Assembly: GCF_900187275.1 (NCBI RefSeq)
Contig: NZ_LT906458.1
Coordinates: 660,001-692,000, forward strand
Direction: 5' to 3'
DNA length: 32,000 bases
DNA from: Pasteurella multocida
GTDB taxonomy: Bacteria; Pseudomonadota; Gammaproteobacteria; Enterobacterales; Pasteurellaceae
In this document: piece after piece, positions 11,043 through 21,586 of the stretch
How the letters are laid out: every line of letters begins with the position of its first letter
How positions within the stretch are numbered: position 1 is the first letter of the stretch
Position numbers and translations under genes: made by a program
Notes under the pieces: generated by a model
What the model was told of the DNA's origin: nothing
What the model saw: only the letters and a program-made list of their open reading frames with translations
The model's database searches: none

Positions 11043-11876
11043 TTAGTTGGGCGATAACTTTGTCCAAATTGGCACGCAATTAGCAGGCAATAGTAACGAC
11101 TTGCCTAACTCAACCCAACCACAGGGAAAATGAAAATCTGATCCAACAGAGCTCAGTAAACCAAATTCCGTTGCCCATTGGGCGAGAAGCAAACGTTGTT
11201 CTGGTGCCTGTCCACAGCCCGCGACTTCAATCGCATCGCCTCCCCATTGTGCAAAATCGGCAATTAATTTTTTGACCCATTTATTGGTTAAGGTATAGCG
11301 TAAAGGATGTGCTAAAACAGCGAGTCCACCGGCTTGATGAATGACCTCAATTGCAGTTGGAATATCACACCATTGTGCTTTTACATAGCAAGACTTGCCT
11401 TGTGAGAGATACTTTTTAAAAGCTTGTCCCTCATTCGAGACTTTACCCATTTGTACCAACAAACGTGCGTAATGTGCTCTTGTCACTTCTCCCGTTGCTA
11501 ACATTTTGGCTTGCTCAAATGCATCTGCAATGCCAACTTTTGCTAATTTGTCACTAATCTCAAGCGCACGTTGATAGCGTAATGCCGCTTGTTGACGTAA
11601 AAGCGCGGTCATTTTTGCTGAAGTTTCATCAAAACCCAATCCAACAATATGAATAGCACGATTTTCCCAAGTGGTTGAAATTTCGACGCCACTTATCAAG
11701 GTTAAATCGGCTTGTTGTACGGCTAAACGGGCTTCTGCAAGCCCTGCCGTAGTATCATGATCAGTCAAGGCAAGTACATTTACTCCCTTTTCAACAGCAC
11801 GTGCAACGACTTCTGTCGGTGATAATACGCCATCAGAAGCAGTACTATGGCAATGAAGATCATAAATTGTTGTCAT
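11043..11876 (-). CDS. rnm: PHP-domain 5'-3' exoribonuclease / 3',5'-nucleoside bisphosphate phosphatase (RNase AM, TrpH/YciV family)
   Basis: MTTIYDLHCHSTASDGVLSPTEVV...LTDHDTTAG PHP motifs. Confidence 0.88.
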   Translation of the reverse strand: MTTIYDLHCHSTASDGVLSPTEVVARAVEKGVNVLALTDHDTTAGLAEARLAVQQADLTLISGVEISTTWENRAIHIVGLGFDETSAKMTALLRQQAALRYQRALEISDKLAKVGIADAFEQAKMLATGEVTRAHYARLLVQMGKVSNEGQAFKKYLSQGKSCYVKAQWCDIPTAIEVIHQAGGLAVLAHPLRYTLTNKWVKKLIADFAQWGGDAIEVAGCGQAPEQRLLLAQWATEFGLLSSVGSDFHFPCGWVELGKSLLLPANCVPIWTKLSPN

Positions 11877-11962
11877 CTGTTATCCTAATTTGAACCTGTA
11901 AAAGTGGGAAGCGATGAAAGAATCAGGGCAGATATGTGAATCCGCCCTTTATCTTCGTTACC

Positions 11963-12982
11963 CTATTTAATCTGTTGAACCAATTGTTTAATTAAGTGTG
12001 GACCGTGATAAATTAAGCCGGAATAAAGTTGTAGCAACTCTGCGCCAGCCTTGATTTTCTCTTGCGCATTGGCAACACTATCAATCCCTCCACTACCAAT
12101 AATCGGAATTTGACCTTTCAATTCTTGGTGAAGTCTTGCAATAATTTCTGTGCTTTTTTGTTGTAACGGTTTGCCACTAAGTCCACCTTGTTGTTCGGCA
12201 TTTTGCAAGCCACTTACGGTATCTCGTGAAATCGTGGTATTGGTCGCAATGACGGCATCCATTTTGTGACGTTGTAATGTATCAGCAATTTGTACGACCT
12301 CACCCTCTGTGAGATCTGGCGCAATTTTAACCGCAATAGGCACGTATTTCTGATATTGCTCAGCTAAATCTTTTTGACGCGCTTTCACCCCTTGCAATAA
12401 ATCCTCTAACGCCTCGCCATACTGTAATTGACGTAAGCCCGGTGAGTTAGGTGATGAAATGTTAATGGTAATGTAATCCGCGTAGTGATAGGCTTTATTT
12501 AAGCAAATGAGGTAATCGGCTTTGCCATTTTCTACTGACGTAAAGGTATTCTTGCCAATATTAATGCCTAAAATGCCGTCATATTTAGCTTGTTTCACAT
12601 TTTCGATTAAATAATCAATGCCGTAATTATTAAAACCATTCCGATTAATAATCCCCTCAGCTTCTGGTAAGCGAAATTGACGAGGTTTCGGGGTACCCTC
12701 TTGTGCCAAAGGCGTCACTGTTCCCACTTCGATAAAGCCAAATCCCATTGCTGCAAAACCATCAATAGCTTCGCCATTTTTATCTGCCCCAGCAGCCAAG
12801 CCAATTGGGTTTTTAAAGTGCAGTCCCATGATTGTCTTCGGGCTACCCGTCGGACAAGCAAACAAGGTTTTTAACAATGGATTGAACGGGGAACGTCCCA
12901 GCGTTTTTAATGTTTTAATCGTGAGATCATGTGCTTGTTCAGCATCAAGGGAAAAAAGGGCTTTGCGGATTAATGCATACAT
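11963..12982 (-). CDS. pyrD: Dihydroorotate dehydrogenase (quinone)
   Basis: [18 protein letters not shown]..., [40 protein letters not shown]. Confidence 0.96.
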   Translation of the reverse strand: MYALIRKALFSLDAEQAHDLTIKTLKTLGRSPFNPLLKTLFACPTGSPKTIMGLHFKNPIGLAAGADKNGEAIDGFAAMGFGFIEVGTVTPLAQEGTPKPRQFRLPEAEGIINRNGFNNYGIDYLIENVKQAKYDGILGINIGKNTFTSVENGKADYLICLNKAYHYADYITINISSPNSPGLRQLQYGEALEDLLQGVKARQKDLAEQYQKYVPIAVKIAPDLTEGEVVQIADTLQRHKMDAVIATNTTISRDTVSGLQNAEQQGGLSGKPLQQKSTEIIARLHQELKGQIPIIGSGGIDSVANAQEKIKAGAELLQLYSGLIYHGPHLIKQLVQQIK

Positions 12983-13090
12983 ACTCGTTTATCTCTCTGG
13001 ATAGTTTAACTGTGAAAATCTGCCGGATTATACGCTTTTCAACATAAAATGTAATGAAAAATTGAACTTTGTGTGAGCCATCAGATAAAA

Positions 13091-13126
13091 AAGTGCGGTC
13101 ATTTTTTTACATTTTTGACCGCACTT
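13091..13126 (-). terminator. pepN terminator formed by an inverted USS pair
   Basis: AAGTGCGGTCA at 13091-13101 and TGACCGCACTT at 13116-13126, flanked by A/T runs, directly downstream of the pepN stop. Confidence 0.82.
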
Positions 13127-13134
13127 TAAGCTAT

Positions 13135-15744
13135 CTATTGTAAGGCTTTTTCGATTTTCTCATATAAATCACGAGAAATATTTTCCACTTCGCTTAAACG
13201 TTCTAACCCACGTTTCATCAAGGTTTGTCGTTGTCCATCATAACGCGAGAAACGAATTAATGGCTCAATTAAACGCGATGCCACTTGTGGATTGCTCTCA
13301 TTTAAACGAATCAAAATATCGGTTAAGAAACGATAACCTGAACCATCAATAGCGTGGAACGCTTTCAAGTTATGATTGGCGAAACTACCGACTAAGGCTC
13401 TTAAACGGTTTGGGTTATTAAAGTTGAAACTTGGATGATCCATTAATTTCATCACATTCAATAACACATCGTCATCTGGACGTGTCGCTTGTAGCGCAAA
13501 CCATTTATCCATCACTAAGCCATCATGTTGCCATTTGCTTTCAAAGTCCGCTAATAAGGTATCACGGCAAGGTAGCTGTGCTTTAGTCGCCGCACTTAAA
13601 GCTGCCAAAGTGTCTGTCATATTATTGGCATAACTATAATGTTTATTCACCAAGTTATTCCCAACCGTCGTATATGCCAAATAACTCACACACAGATTAC
13701 GCAGGGCACGCAAAGCAATATCTTCTGGGTTAACACGATATACCTCTAAACGAATGTCGTTATACACTTTTAATAACGTTTGTTTCAGACTTTCTGCAAT
13801 CGTGCGCACCATAAAATCACGCACCACACTAATCCCTTCTGGATCAATAGTTTTGAATAACTCGGCAAACTCAGTGACTTTTGGCAAAGTCAAAATGAGA
13901 GTAGCCAATTCAGGATCTTGCTGATAACCGTCTAAAATTTGGTATAACTCCGCCAATACCTCAGCAGAAAATTCTAAACTTTTGCCTTGTTGATAGCGAG
14001 TGAGATTACGACGTAATTCTGCGGCATAAAGCATTTGTGCCACATCCCAACGCACAAATTGATTTTCGGCATGGCGTAATAATGTGATTAACTGTGCCGT
14101 ACTATACTCATAATGCAATTTGACTGGTGCCGAGAAATCACATAGCAAGGCGGGGACAGGTTTGCTTTTTACCCCTGTAAATTGGAAACTTTGCTCCGCT
14201 TGTTTAACATCGAGAACGGGGTTAATAATTTGACCATCGTTTTCTAAAACTTGCGCTTGACCGTTTTTATCGTATAACGCGATTTTTAATGGAATATGTA
14301 AATTGACTTTTTCCATTTGGTCTGCAGTGGGTGGCGTATGCTGTGCCACATGTAAAGTATAAACCGCCGTTTCGGGATCATAGCTATCTGTAATGGTTAA
14401 TTCTGGCGTACCTGATTGGCTATACCAATGACGGAACTGTGTTAAATCAATGCCTGATGCACGTTCCATTGCCGATACAAAATCTTCACAAGTTGCCGCT
14501 TTGCCATCTTGTTCCGCCACATACAGTTGCATCCCTTTTTGGAATAACGTTTCGCCTAATAAGGTATGCATCATACGAATCACTTCTGCCCCTTTTTCAT
14601 ACACAGTCATGGTATAGAAGTTATTCATCTCAATTACTTTATCCGGGCGAATTGGGTGAGACATTGGACTGGCATCTTCGGCAAATTGTGCTGTGCGTAA
14701 TAAACGGACATCTTCAATACGCTTACCGGAGCGCGACCAAAGGTCCGAAGTAAATTCTTGATCACGGAAAACGGTTAAGCCTTCTTTTAAGCTTAATTGG
14801 AACCAGTCACGACAGGTGATACGGTTCCCTGTCCAGTTATGGAAATATTCATGGGCGATGACACTTTCTACCGCAATATAATCTTCGTCTGTGGCGGTTT
14901 GCGGATTGGCTAACACAAATTTCGAGTTAAACACATTTAACCCTTTATTTTCCATCGCTCCCATGTTGAAGAAATCAACCGCCACGATCATATAAATATC
15001 CAAATCGTATTCAAGACCAAAGCGATCTTCATCCCATTTCATCGAGCGTTTTAAACTTTGCATTGCCCACTCTGCACGGTCTAAATTACCACGATCAACA
15101 AAAAGTTCTAACGCAACCTCTCGTCCACTTTTAGTTGTAAAAGTATCGCTTAATACATCAAAGTCCCCCGCCACTAATGCAAACAGATAGCTTGGTTTCG
15201 GAAATGGATCATGCCATTCCACCCAATGACGTCCATCAGGCAGTTCGCCACTGTCAACACGGTTCCCATTCGATAATAAATAAGGATATTTACTTTTATC
15301 TGCTGTAATTTTCGTCGTATAGCGTGCTAATACATCCGGGCGATCTAACATATAAGTGATTTGGCGGAACCCCTCTGCTTCACATTGCGTACACATCCCC
15401 TCACCTGATTGGTATAACCCTTGTAATGACGTATTTTTTTCTGGGCTTAAAATACTCACCACTTCCAAGCTAAATTGGTCTGCATCAACGGCACTTAAAT
15501 TTAGGCTTAAACTCTCCCCATCTTGCTCAAAATGTTTAAAATCACGACCATTTAATTTGAGCGATGAAAATTGGAAACTGTGTCCATCTAAACGTAATTT
15601 TTGTGCTTGAGGATTTAAACGACGAAATTGGCTCGTGGCAGTAACCACTGTTTTTTTCGGATCAAGTTGAAAATCAAGCGCGATTTCTGTCACGGTGAAG
15701 TCTGGAGTACGATAATCTTTTCTGTATTTGGCTTTGGCTTGCAT
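13135..15744 (-). CDS. pepN: Aminopeptidase N (M1 family)
   Basis: GAMENKGLNVFN and HEYFHNWTGNRIT zinc-binding motifs, 869 aa. Confidence 0.97.
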   Translation of the reverse strand: MQAKAKYRKDYRTPDFTVTEIALDFQLDPKKTVVTATSQFRRLNPQAQKLRLDGHSFQFSSLKLNGRDFKHFEQDGESLSLNLSAVDADQFSLEVVSILSPEKNTSLQGLYQSGEGMCTQCEAEGFRQITYMLDRPDVLARYTTKITADKSKYPYLLSNGNRVDSGELPDGRHWVEWHDPFPKPSYLFALVAGDFDVLSDTFTTKSGREVALELFVDRGNLDRAEWAMQSLKRSMKWDEDRFGLEYDLDIYMIVAVDFFNMGAMENKGLNVFNSKFVLANPQTATDEDYIAVESVIAHEYFHNWTGNRITCRDWFQLSLKEGLTVFRDQEFTSDLWSRSGKRIEDVRLLRTAQFAEDASPMSHPIRPDKVIEMNNFYTMTVYEKGAEVIRMMHTLLGETLFQKGMQLYVAEQDGKAATCEDFVSAMERASGIDLTQFRHWYSQSGTPELTITDSYDPETAVYTLHVAQHTPPTADQMEKVNLHIPLKIALYDKNGQAQVLENDGQIINPVLDVKQAEQSFQFTGVKSKPVPALLCDFSAPVKLHYEYSTAQLITLLRHAENQFVRWDVAQMLYAAELRRNLTRYQQGKSLEFSAEVLAELYQILDGYQQDPELATLILTLPKVTEFAELFKTIDPEGISVVRDFMVRTIAESLKQTLLKVYNDIRLEVYRVNPEDIALRALRNLCVSYLAYTTVGNNLVNKHYSYANNMTDTLAALSAATKAQLPCRDTLLADFESKWQHDGLVMDKWFALQATRPDDDVLLNVMKLMDHPSFNFNNPNRLRALVGSFANHNLKAFHAIDGSGYRFLTDILIRLNESNPQVASRLIEPLIRFSRYDGQRQTLMKRGLERLSEVENISRDLYEKIEKALQ

Positions 15745-15838
15745 AAAACAACCTATTGTTATTCTTAAGACTAAAAAATGTAGTTAGGATATGATTTTCT
15801 TGACAAACTTGCAATCGTCTTTTCGTGTAGAAAAAACA

Positions 15839-15854
15839 AGGCAATCGTTTGCTT
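15839..15854. promoter_or_regulatory. Putative PurR operator upstream of purEK
   Basis: AGGCAATCGTTTGCTT matches the PUR-box consensus ACGCAAACGTTTGCGT at 13 of 16 positions. It overlaps a candidate -35 (TTGCTT 15849-15854), followed by a 16-bp spacer and TATCCT at 15871-15876. Confidence 0.65.
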
Positions 15855-15914
15855 ATTAATTATTGTATGCTATCCTAGCCACGCTTTAATTTTTGAATAA
15901 CATGAAGGAATGAC

Positions 15915-16415
15915 ATGTCAAATTGCACACCTCAAATTGCGATTGTAATGGGCTCAAAAAGCGACTGGGCAACCATGCAAGAAGCAACTCATATTCTTGA
16001 TGAATTACAAATTCCTTACCACGTTGAAGTGGTGTCTGCACATCGTACCCCTGATAAATTGTTCACTTTTGCAGAAACAGCGACGGCGAAAGGTTACAAA
16101 GTGATTATCGCAGGTGCCGGCGGTGCTGCCCATTTACCGGGTATGATCGCGTCAAAAACTTTAGTCCCTGTATTGGGCGTACCGGTCAAAAGTTCGATGT
16201 TAAGTGGCGTTGATAGTTTGTATTCGATTGTGCAAATGCCTAAGGGGATTCCTGTCGGAACCTTAGCGATAGGTCCCGCAGGAGCGGCTAATGCAGGTTT
16301 ATTAGCGGCACAAATCTTAGCAGCCTTTGACTCCTCGCTCCTGACAAGATTAACGGCATTTCGAGAAAAACAAACAAATAACGTACTAGAAAATCCTGAT
16401 CCACGGATGCCATAG
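15915..16415 (+). CDS. purE: N5-carboxyaminoimidazole ribonucleotide mutase
   Basis: [41 protein letters not shown]. Confidence 0.97.
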   Translation: MSNCTPQIAIVMGSKSDWATMQEATHILDELQIPYHVEVVSAHRTPDKLFTFAETATAKGYKVIIAGAGGAAHLPGMIASKTLVPVLGVPVKSSMLSGVDSLYSIVQMPKGIPVGTLAIGPAGAANAGLLAAQILAAFDSSLLTRLTAFREKQTNNVLENPDPRMP

Positions 16416-16466
16416 CATTTTAGGGCGGACAGTTGTTCGCCCTGTCTCTTTTACTTTCTTTATATA

Positions 16467-17567
16467 ATGGTTTTGAATATGCAAAAAAGTGCTTTATATC
16501 CAACAGTGTATGTCCTCGGTAATGGACAGCTCGGGCGAATGTTACGTTATGCGGGTGCCCCTTTAGATATTGATGTCCAACCGCTTGCTTTTAATACCCC
16601 ACGCTTTGACTTAGCAACGGACAGTATCATCACCGCAGAAATTGAACGTTGGGAAAAAACACCTTTAACAGAAATGCTTGCTCATCACGCCAATTTTGTG
16701 AATCAGAGTGTGTTTGCCAAATTAGCTGATCGGTTATCACAAAAAACTTTGCTTGATGCACTCCAATTACCGACTTCCCCATGGTGTTTATTAAAAGACA
16801 AAAATCAATGGTCAACGGTATTTGATAGCATTGGCGAGAAAGTCGTCGTCAAACGTCGTATGGGGGGCTATGATGGTCGAGGTCAGTGGATTGTTCAACA
16901 ACAAAATACCGATGCCATTACTGACGATTTATACGGTGAAACCATTGTTGAAAAATTTATTCCTTTTGATTATGAAATTTCTCTTGTAGGCGCACGTTTT
17001 AAAAATGGTGAAACACGCTTCTATCCTGTCACGCACAATTTACAACAAAATGGTATTTTGCGTTATAGCGTGGTCGATGTAGATTTCCCACAACAAGCAC
17101 AACAGCAAGCCAGCGCCGAAGCCATGCTAAGCAAAATTATGCACCAATTAAATTATGTTGGGGTGATGGCAATGGAATGTTTTGTGGTCGGTGATCAGCT
17201 ATTAATTAATGAATTGGCGCCTCGTGTTCATAACAGTGGACATTGGACACAACTAGGTTGTGCCATTAGTCAATTTGAATTGCATTTGCGTGCGTTATTG
17301 AATTTACCCACACCAACACTTGGCACCTTTGCGCCGAGTGTGATGGTCAATCTGATTGGGACAGAACACAATCTGGCTTGGTTAAATACGCCATTCAGCC
17401 AACTACATTGGTATGGCAAAGAAGTGCGTCCCGGACGTAAAGTGGGACACATTAACTTTACACATATTGATAAAAAAGTATTGATCGCAAGCTTAACCAC
17501 ATTATCACAGGCGTTACCTGCGGATTATCAATCTGGTTTAAATTGGGCAATAGAAAAATTACAATAA
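16467..17567 (+). CDS. purK: 5-(carboxyamino)imidazole ribonucleotide synthase
   Basis: ATP-grasp protein directly after purE; VYVLGNGQLGRMLRYAG, KRRMGGYDGRGQW, NELAPRVHNSGHWTQ. Start could instead be ATG 16479. Confidence 0.95.
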   Translation: MVLNMQKSALYPTVYVLGNGQLGRMLRYAGAPLDIDVQPLAFNTPRFDLATDSIITAEIERWEKTPLTEMLAHHANFVNQSVFAKLADRLSQKTLLDALQLPTSPWCLLKDKNQWSTVFDSIGEKVVVKRRMGGYDGRGQWIVQQQNTDAITDDLYGETIVEKFIPFDYEISLVGARFKNGETRFYPVTHNLQQNGILRYSVVDVDFPQQAQQQASAEAMLSKIMHQLNYVGVMAMECFVVGDQLLINELAPRVHNSGHWTQLGCAISQFELHLRALLNLPTPTLGTFAPSVMVNLIGTEHNLAWLNTPFSQLHWYGKEVRPGRKVGHINFTHIDKKVLIASLTTLSQALPADYQSGLNWAIEKLQ

Positions 17568-17709
17568 TTCAATTTATTTACTGATTTTTAAGAGATTATT
17601 CAAAAAATAGGATTAGTTTTTAAATTCCTTTAAAGCGGGCTTGATAATATTTGCCTCGTGCAGTATAACTAGCTCACCGATAACTAAACACAACATTAAG
17701 GATTTCATT

Positions 17710-18900
17710 ATGTTTGAAAATATTACCGCCGCGCCAGCTGATCCGATTTTAGGTTTAGGGGAATCATTCAAAGCGGAAACGCGCGATAATAAAATCAATC
17801 TTGGCATTGGTGTATATAAAGATGCTAAAGGCAATACACCAATTATGCGTGCGGTCAAAGAGGCAGAAAAGCGCTTATTTGATCTTGAAATGAGCAAAAA
17901 TTATTTAGCTATTGACGGGGTTGCAGAATTCAATGCCTGTACGAAAGAATTGTTATTTGGCGCAGATTCAGAGATAGTTAAACAAGGTCGTGCAAAAACC
18001 GTTCAAAGTTTAGGTGGTACTGGTGCATTACGTATCGCAGCAGAGTTTATTAAACGCCAAACTAAATCACAAAATGTTTGGATTAGCACACCAACTTGGC
18101 CAAACCATAATGCGATTTTTAATGCTGTCGGCATGACGATTCGTGAATACCGTTATTATGATGCAGAGAATAAATGTTTAGATTGGGATAACTTAATTGC
18201 TGATTTAAGCAATGCGGGGGAAGGCGATGTTGTTTTACTACATGGGTGCTGTCATAACCCGACAGGAATCGACCCTACTCCAGCACAATGGCAACAATTA
18301 GCCAAAATGTCGGAAGAAAAAGGTTGGTTACCGTTATTTGATTTTGCTTACCAAGGTTTTGCAAATGGTCTCGAAGAAGATGCGTTTGGTTTACGTACCT
18401 TTGCCAAAAATCATAAAGAATTATTAGTCGCAAGTTCTTATTCTAAAAACTTTGGTCTTTATAGCGAGCGCGTTGGTGCTTTCACGTTAGTGGCAGAAAC
18501 AGAGCAAGTGGCCGCGACGGCACTCACGCAAGTCAAAACCATTATTCGTACGCTCTATTCTAACCCAGCATCACATGGCGCAACGACAGTTTCTATGGTA
18601 TTAAAAGACAGTCAGTTACGTGCCGAGTGGGAAAACGAATTAACCGAAATGCGTGAACGTATTAAGCAAATGCGTAGCCAATTTGTTGAATTATTGAAAG
18701 CATTTGCTTCAGAACAAGATTTTAGTTTTATTATTGATCAAAATGGGATGTTCTCTTTCTGTGGCTTAAATCCAGCACAAATGGATCGTTTAAAAGAGGA
18801 ATTTGCTATTTATGCCGTGCGTTCTGGTCGGATTAATGTCGCAGGCATTACTGAACAGAATATTCGTTATCTGTGTGAAAGTATTGCGAAAGTCCTGTAA
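17710..18900 (+). CDS. aspC: Aromatic amino acid / aspartate aminotransferase (class I)
   Basis: [38 protein letters not shown], ...[17 protein letters not shown] lysine region. Start ATG 17710 instead of 17641. Confidence 0.9.
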   Translation: MFENITAAPADPILGLGESFKAETRDNKINLGIGVYKDAKGNTPIMRAVKEAEKRLFDLEMSKNYLAIDGVAEFNACTKELLFGADSEIVKQGRAKTVQSLGGTGALRIAAEFIKRQTKSQNVWISTPTWPNHNAIFNAVGMTIREYRYYDAENKCLDWDNLIADLSNAGEGDVVLLHGCCHNPTGIDPTPAQWQQLAKMSEEKGWLPLFDFAYQGFANGLEEDAFGLRTFAKNHKELLVASSYSKNFGLYSERVGAFTLVAETEQVAATALTQVKTIIRTLYSNPASHGATTVSMVLKDSQLRAEWENELTEMRERIKQMRSQFVELLKAFASEQDFSFIIDQNGMFSFCGLNPAQMDRLKEEFAIYAVRSGRINVAGITEQNIRYLCESIAKVL

Positions 18901-18924
18901 TTATACTTTCATAACAAAGAAAAA

Positions 18925-18954
18925 ACCGCACTATAAAAAGTGCGGTTCTTTTTT
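18925..18954. terminator. Bidirectional terminator with USS arms between aspC and moaE
   Basis: AAAAACCGCACT-ataaaa-AGTGCGGTTCTTTTTTT between convergent genes. Full USS core at 18938-18946. Confidence 0.82.
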
Positions 18955-19406
18955 TACCAGCGTGCTAAGGCTTGCTGATCAGTATCGCGACTTTCAATCC
19001 AGCGCTCACCCTGAGTGGTTTTTTCTTTTTTCCAAAATGGGGCTTTGCTTTTTAAAAAATCCATAATAAATTCATTAGCTTGATAAGCTTCACCACGATG
19101 TACAGAACTCACCCCGACGAAAACAATCTCATCACCTGTTTGTAATAAACCAACACGGTGAATGACACAAACACGTTGAATGTCCCAGCGGGCTTTTGCT
19201 TGCGCCACAATCTCTGTTAGGGCTTTTTCAGTCATCGCGGGATAATGTTCTAAATACAAACTGGATACTTCATCGCCGAGATTTAAATCCCGTACTTTGC
19301 CCACAAAAACCACGGTAGCCCCGACAGAATGTTGTTCTGATAACCAACGATATGCCGCATTTTGATCAAAGGGCTGTTCTTGTACTGCAATTTGAATATC
19401 GCTCAT
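18954..19406 (-). CDS. moaE: Molybdopterin synthase catalytic subunit
   Basis: FVGKVRDLN...LYLEHYPAMTEKAL, VCVIHRVGLLQTGDEIVFVGVSS. Confidence 0.95.
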   Translation of the reverse strand: MSDIQIAVQEQPFDQNAAYRWLSEQHSVGATVVFVGKVRDLNLGDEVSSLYLEHYPAMTEKALTEIVAQAKARWDIQRVCVIHRVGLLQTGDEIVFVGVSSVHRGEAYQANEFIMDFLKSKAPFWKKEKTTQGERWIESRDTDQQALARW

Positions 19407-19652
19407 TTATCCTCCAGTCACGGGTGGGAAAAACGCGACTTCATCACCCGCTTTCACTTCTGTATCTAAAGGCACTAAAGCCTGATTAATTGCCACTAAT
19501 AATTTGCCTTTTTCAAGTGCTAACGCCCAACGCTCGCCTTTTTCAGCTAAATGCTGACGAACTTGCTCTGCTGTCTTAAACGTGGCAGGTAATTCAAGGC
19601 TATCGACTCCGATAAGTTCTCTGGTTTGAGCAAAAAATAAAATGTTTAGCAT
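19407..19652 (-). CDS. moaD: Molybdopterin synthase sulfur carrier subunit
   Basis: Ubiquitin-like small protein ending in GDEVAFFPPVTGG, abutting moaE. Confidence 0.94.
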   Translation of the reverse strand: MLNILFFAQTRELIGVDSLELPATFKTAEQVRQHLAEKGERWALALEKGKLLVAINQALVPLDTEVKAGDEVAFFPPVTGG

Positions 19653-19664
19653 ATTGTCTCGCTG

Positions 19665-20141
19665 TTATTTCGCAATAAAATGACCCGATTTTCCACCGCA
19701 CTTTTCAAGCAAACGCACTTGTTCAATCACGATGTCTTTTTGCACCGCCTTGCACATATCGTAAATCGTCAGTGCAGCAACGCTAGCGGCGGTTAGCGCT
19801 TCCATTTCTACTCCAGTTTTGCCAGTCAATCTACACAGACTTTCAATACGCACTTGGTTACGTTCCACAACGGGAGTTAAGCTCACTTCTACTTTAGATA
19901 ATAACAAAGGATGACACAGCGGAATTAAATCCCATGTACGTTTCGCCGCCTGAATCCCCGCGATACGCGCCGTAGCAAATACATCACCTTTATGGTGTTG
20001 TCCAGAAAGAATCATATTCAGCGTTTCTGGTGACATTGTCACTAATGCTTCCGCTCTTGCCTCACGCACGCTCTCTTGTTTGCCTGACACGTCCACCATA
20101 TTGGCTTCCCCTTGGCAATTAATATGGGTAAATGTACTCAT
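19665..20141 (-). CDS. moaC: Cyclic pyranopterin monophosphate synthase
   Basis: [46 protein letters not shown]. Confidence 0.96.
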   Translation of the reverse strand: MSTFTHINCQGEANMVDVSGKQESVREARAEALVTMSPETLNMILSGQHHKGDVFATARIAGIQAAKRTWDLIPLCHPLLLSKVEVSLTPVVERNQVRIESLCRLTGKTGVEMEALTAASVAALTIYDMCKAVQKDIVIEQVRLLEKCGGKSGHFIAK

Positions 20142-20200
20142 AATTTCTCATGGTTAAGTTGAAAAATAGAAAAAGTGCGGTCAATTTGTAGAAAATATGA

Positions 20201-21214
20201 TTAACCGCCGATACTGGCTAAATTTGCGCGTACACCACTATCACCTTGATGTAAGAAATGATGCTCACGTTTGCCTTGTAGTACAGAAGAAATACGTGCT
20301 TGTAATTGCAATTGTTGATCATCCGATTGCAATAAGTCACGTAACGTAATGCCTTCTTCACCAAACAAACATAAGTGCAGTTTGCCTTTCGCTGATACCC
20401 TTAAACGATTACAGCTAGCACAGAAATTTTTCTCATAGGGCATAATCAAGCCTACTTCGCCAACATAATCTGGGTGTTTAAATACTTTAGCCGGTCCATC
20501 AAGTAATCCCTTGCTTTGTAAGGTCCAACCCGCATTGATTAATTTATCTGCTAACAATTGACCAGATACATGATGTTGCTGAAAGAAATGATCCATTTCA
20601 CCCGTTTGCATCAATTCAATAAAACGCATTTGGATCGGCTTGTCTTTAATCCAAGTTAAGAACTGATTAAAATCCGCATCATTAAGATCTTTCATTAACA
20701 CGGAATTGACTTTGATTTTCTGATAGCCCACCTCAAAAGCACGCTCAAGACCACGCATTACGTCTTCAAATTTGTCTATTCCGGTAATACGATGGAACAT
20801 TCGGGCATCTAAGCTATCAATACTCACGTTAATCGACGTGATCCCCGCCTCTTTCCACGCAGCAACATCTTTTGCCATACGGTAGCCATTCGTGGTCAAA
20901 GCAATCTGTTTAATGGTAGGATTTTGAGCAATGGTTTCAACAATAGGTAAAAAATCTTTACGTAAGGTAGGTTCTCCCCCCGTAATACGGACTTTTTCAG
21001 TGCCCATGTTAGCAAAACTTTTTACCACTAAACGAATTTCATTTAAGGTGAGAAAACTGGGTTTATTTGACTCAGGTTGATAACCATTCGGCAAACAGTA
21101 ATTACAGCGGAAATTACACACATCTGTAATTGACAGTCGCAAATAGTAATAGCGACGTTGGAACGCATCCACTAAAGGATCATTACCAACATGTTTAATT
21201 GGAATTGTTTGCAT
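20201..21214 (-). CDS. moaA: GTP 3',8-cyclase
   Basis: Radical SAM motif [10 protein letters not shown] and C-terminal [22 protein letters not shown]; C-terminal GG. Confidence 0.97.
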   Translation of the reverse strand: MQTIPIKHVGNDPLVDAFQRRYYYLRLSITDVCNFRCNYCLPNGYQPESNKPSFLTLNEIRLVVKSFANMGTEKVRITGGEPTLRKDFLPIVETIAQNPTIKQIALTTNGYRMAKDVAAWKEAGITSINVSIDSLDARMFHRITGIDKFEDVMRGLERAFEVGYQKIKVNSVLMKDLNDADFNQFLTWIKDKPIQMRFIELMQTGEMDHFFQQHHVSGQLLADKLINAGWTLQSKGLLDGPAKVFKHPDYVGEVGLIMPYEKNFCASCNRLRVSAKGKLHLCLFGEEGITLRDLLQSDDQQLQLQARISSVLQGKREHHFLHQGDSGVRANLASIGG

Positions 21215-21233
21215 GTCACACCTTTCTAAAATA

Positions 21234-21343
21234 CGAGAGGATAAACCGTTTCCAGCGTATCCCTGAATAGCACAAGTTTTATGCTATTGGCATTACCACC
21301 CTATTTCTATTGTAGAAACGTAGGTTAAATAAGCTCGGAGTTA
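21234..21343 (-). ncRNA. Probable molybdenum cofactor (Moco) riboswitch in the moaA leader
   Basis: Minus-strand leader ACTCCGAGC...GGTGGTAATGCCAATAGCA...TGCTATTCAGGGATACGCTGGAAACGG...CCTCTCG. Contains stems AATAGCA/TGCTATT (21266-21288), TTTCTA/TAGAAA (21304-21318) and a closing CGAG/CTCG. Located immediately upstream of the moa operon. Confidence 0.68.
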
Positions 21344-21586
21344 TGCGATAATAGGTTAATCAAATTGTTAATTGGTATTGTAAAAGATAAGTTTATTCAA
21401 TTGCAAACAATTAATATGATCTCAGTCATAAAAGCATAAAATTCTTTAAAATCAATTATATAAAAAAATATATAGCGTTGAAATCGACGCTTATTTCGAG
21501 CACTTTTCTACTCAATTTGGCGTAGAAAAGAACTTTGGAAAAATAGCGATGTCTTTAGTTATAACGAAAAAAATAAAAGGGTAAAC

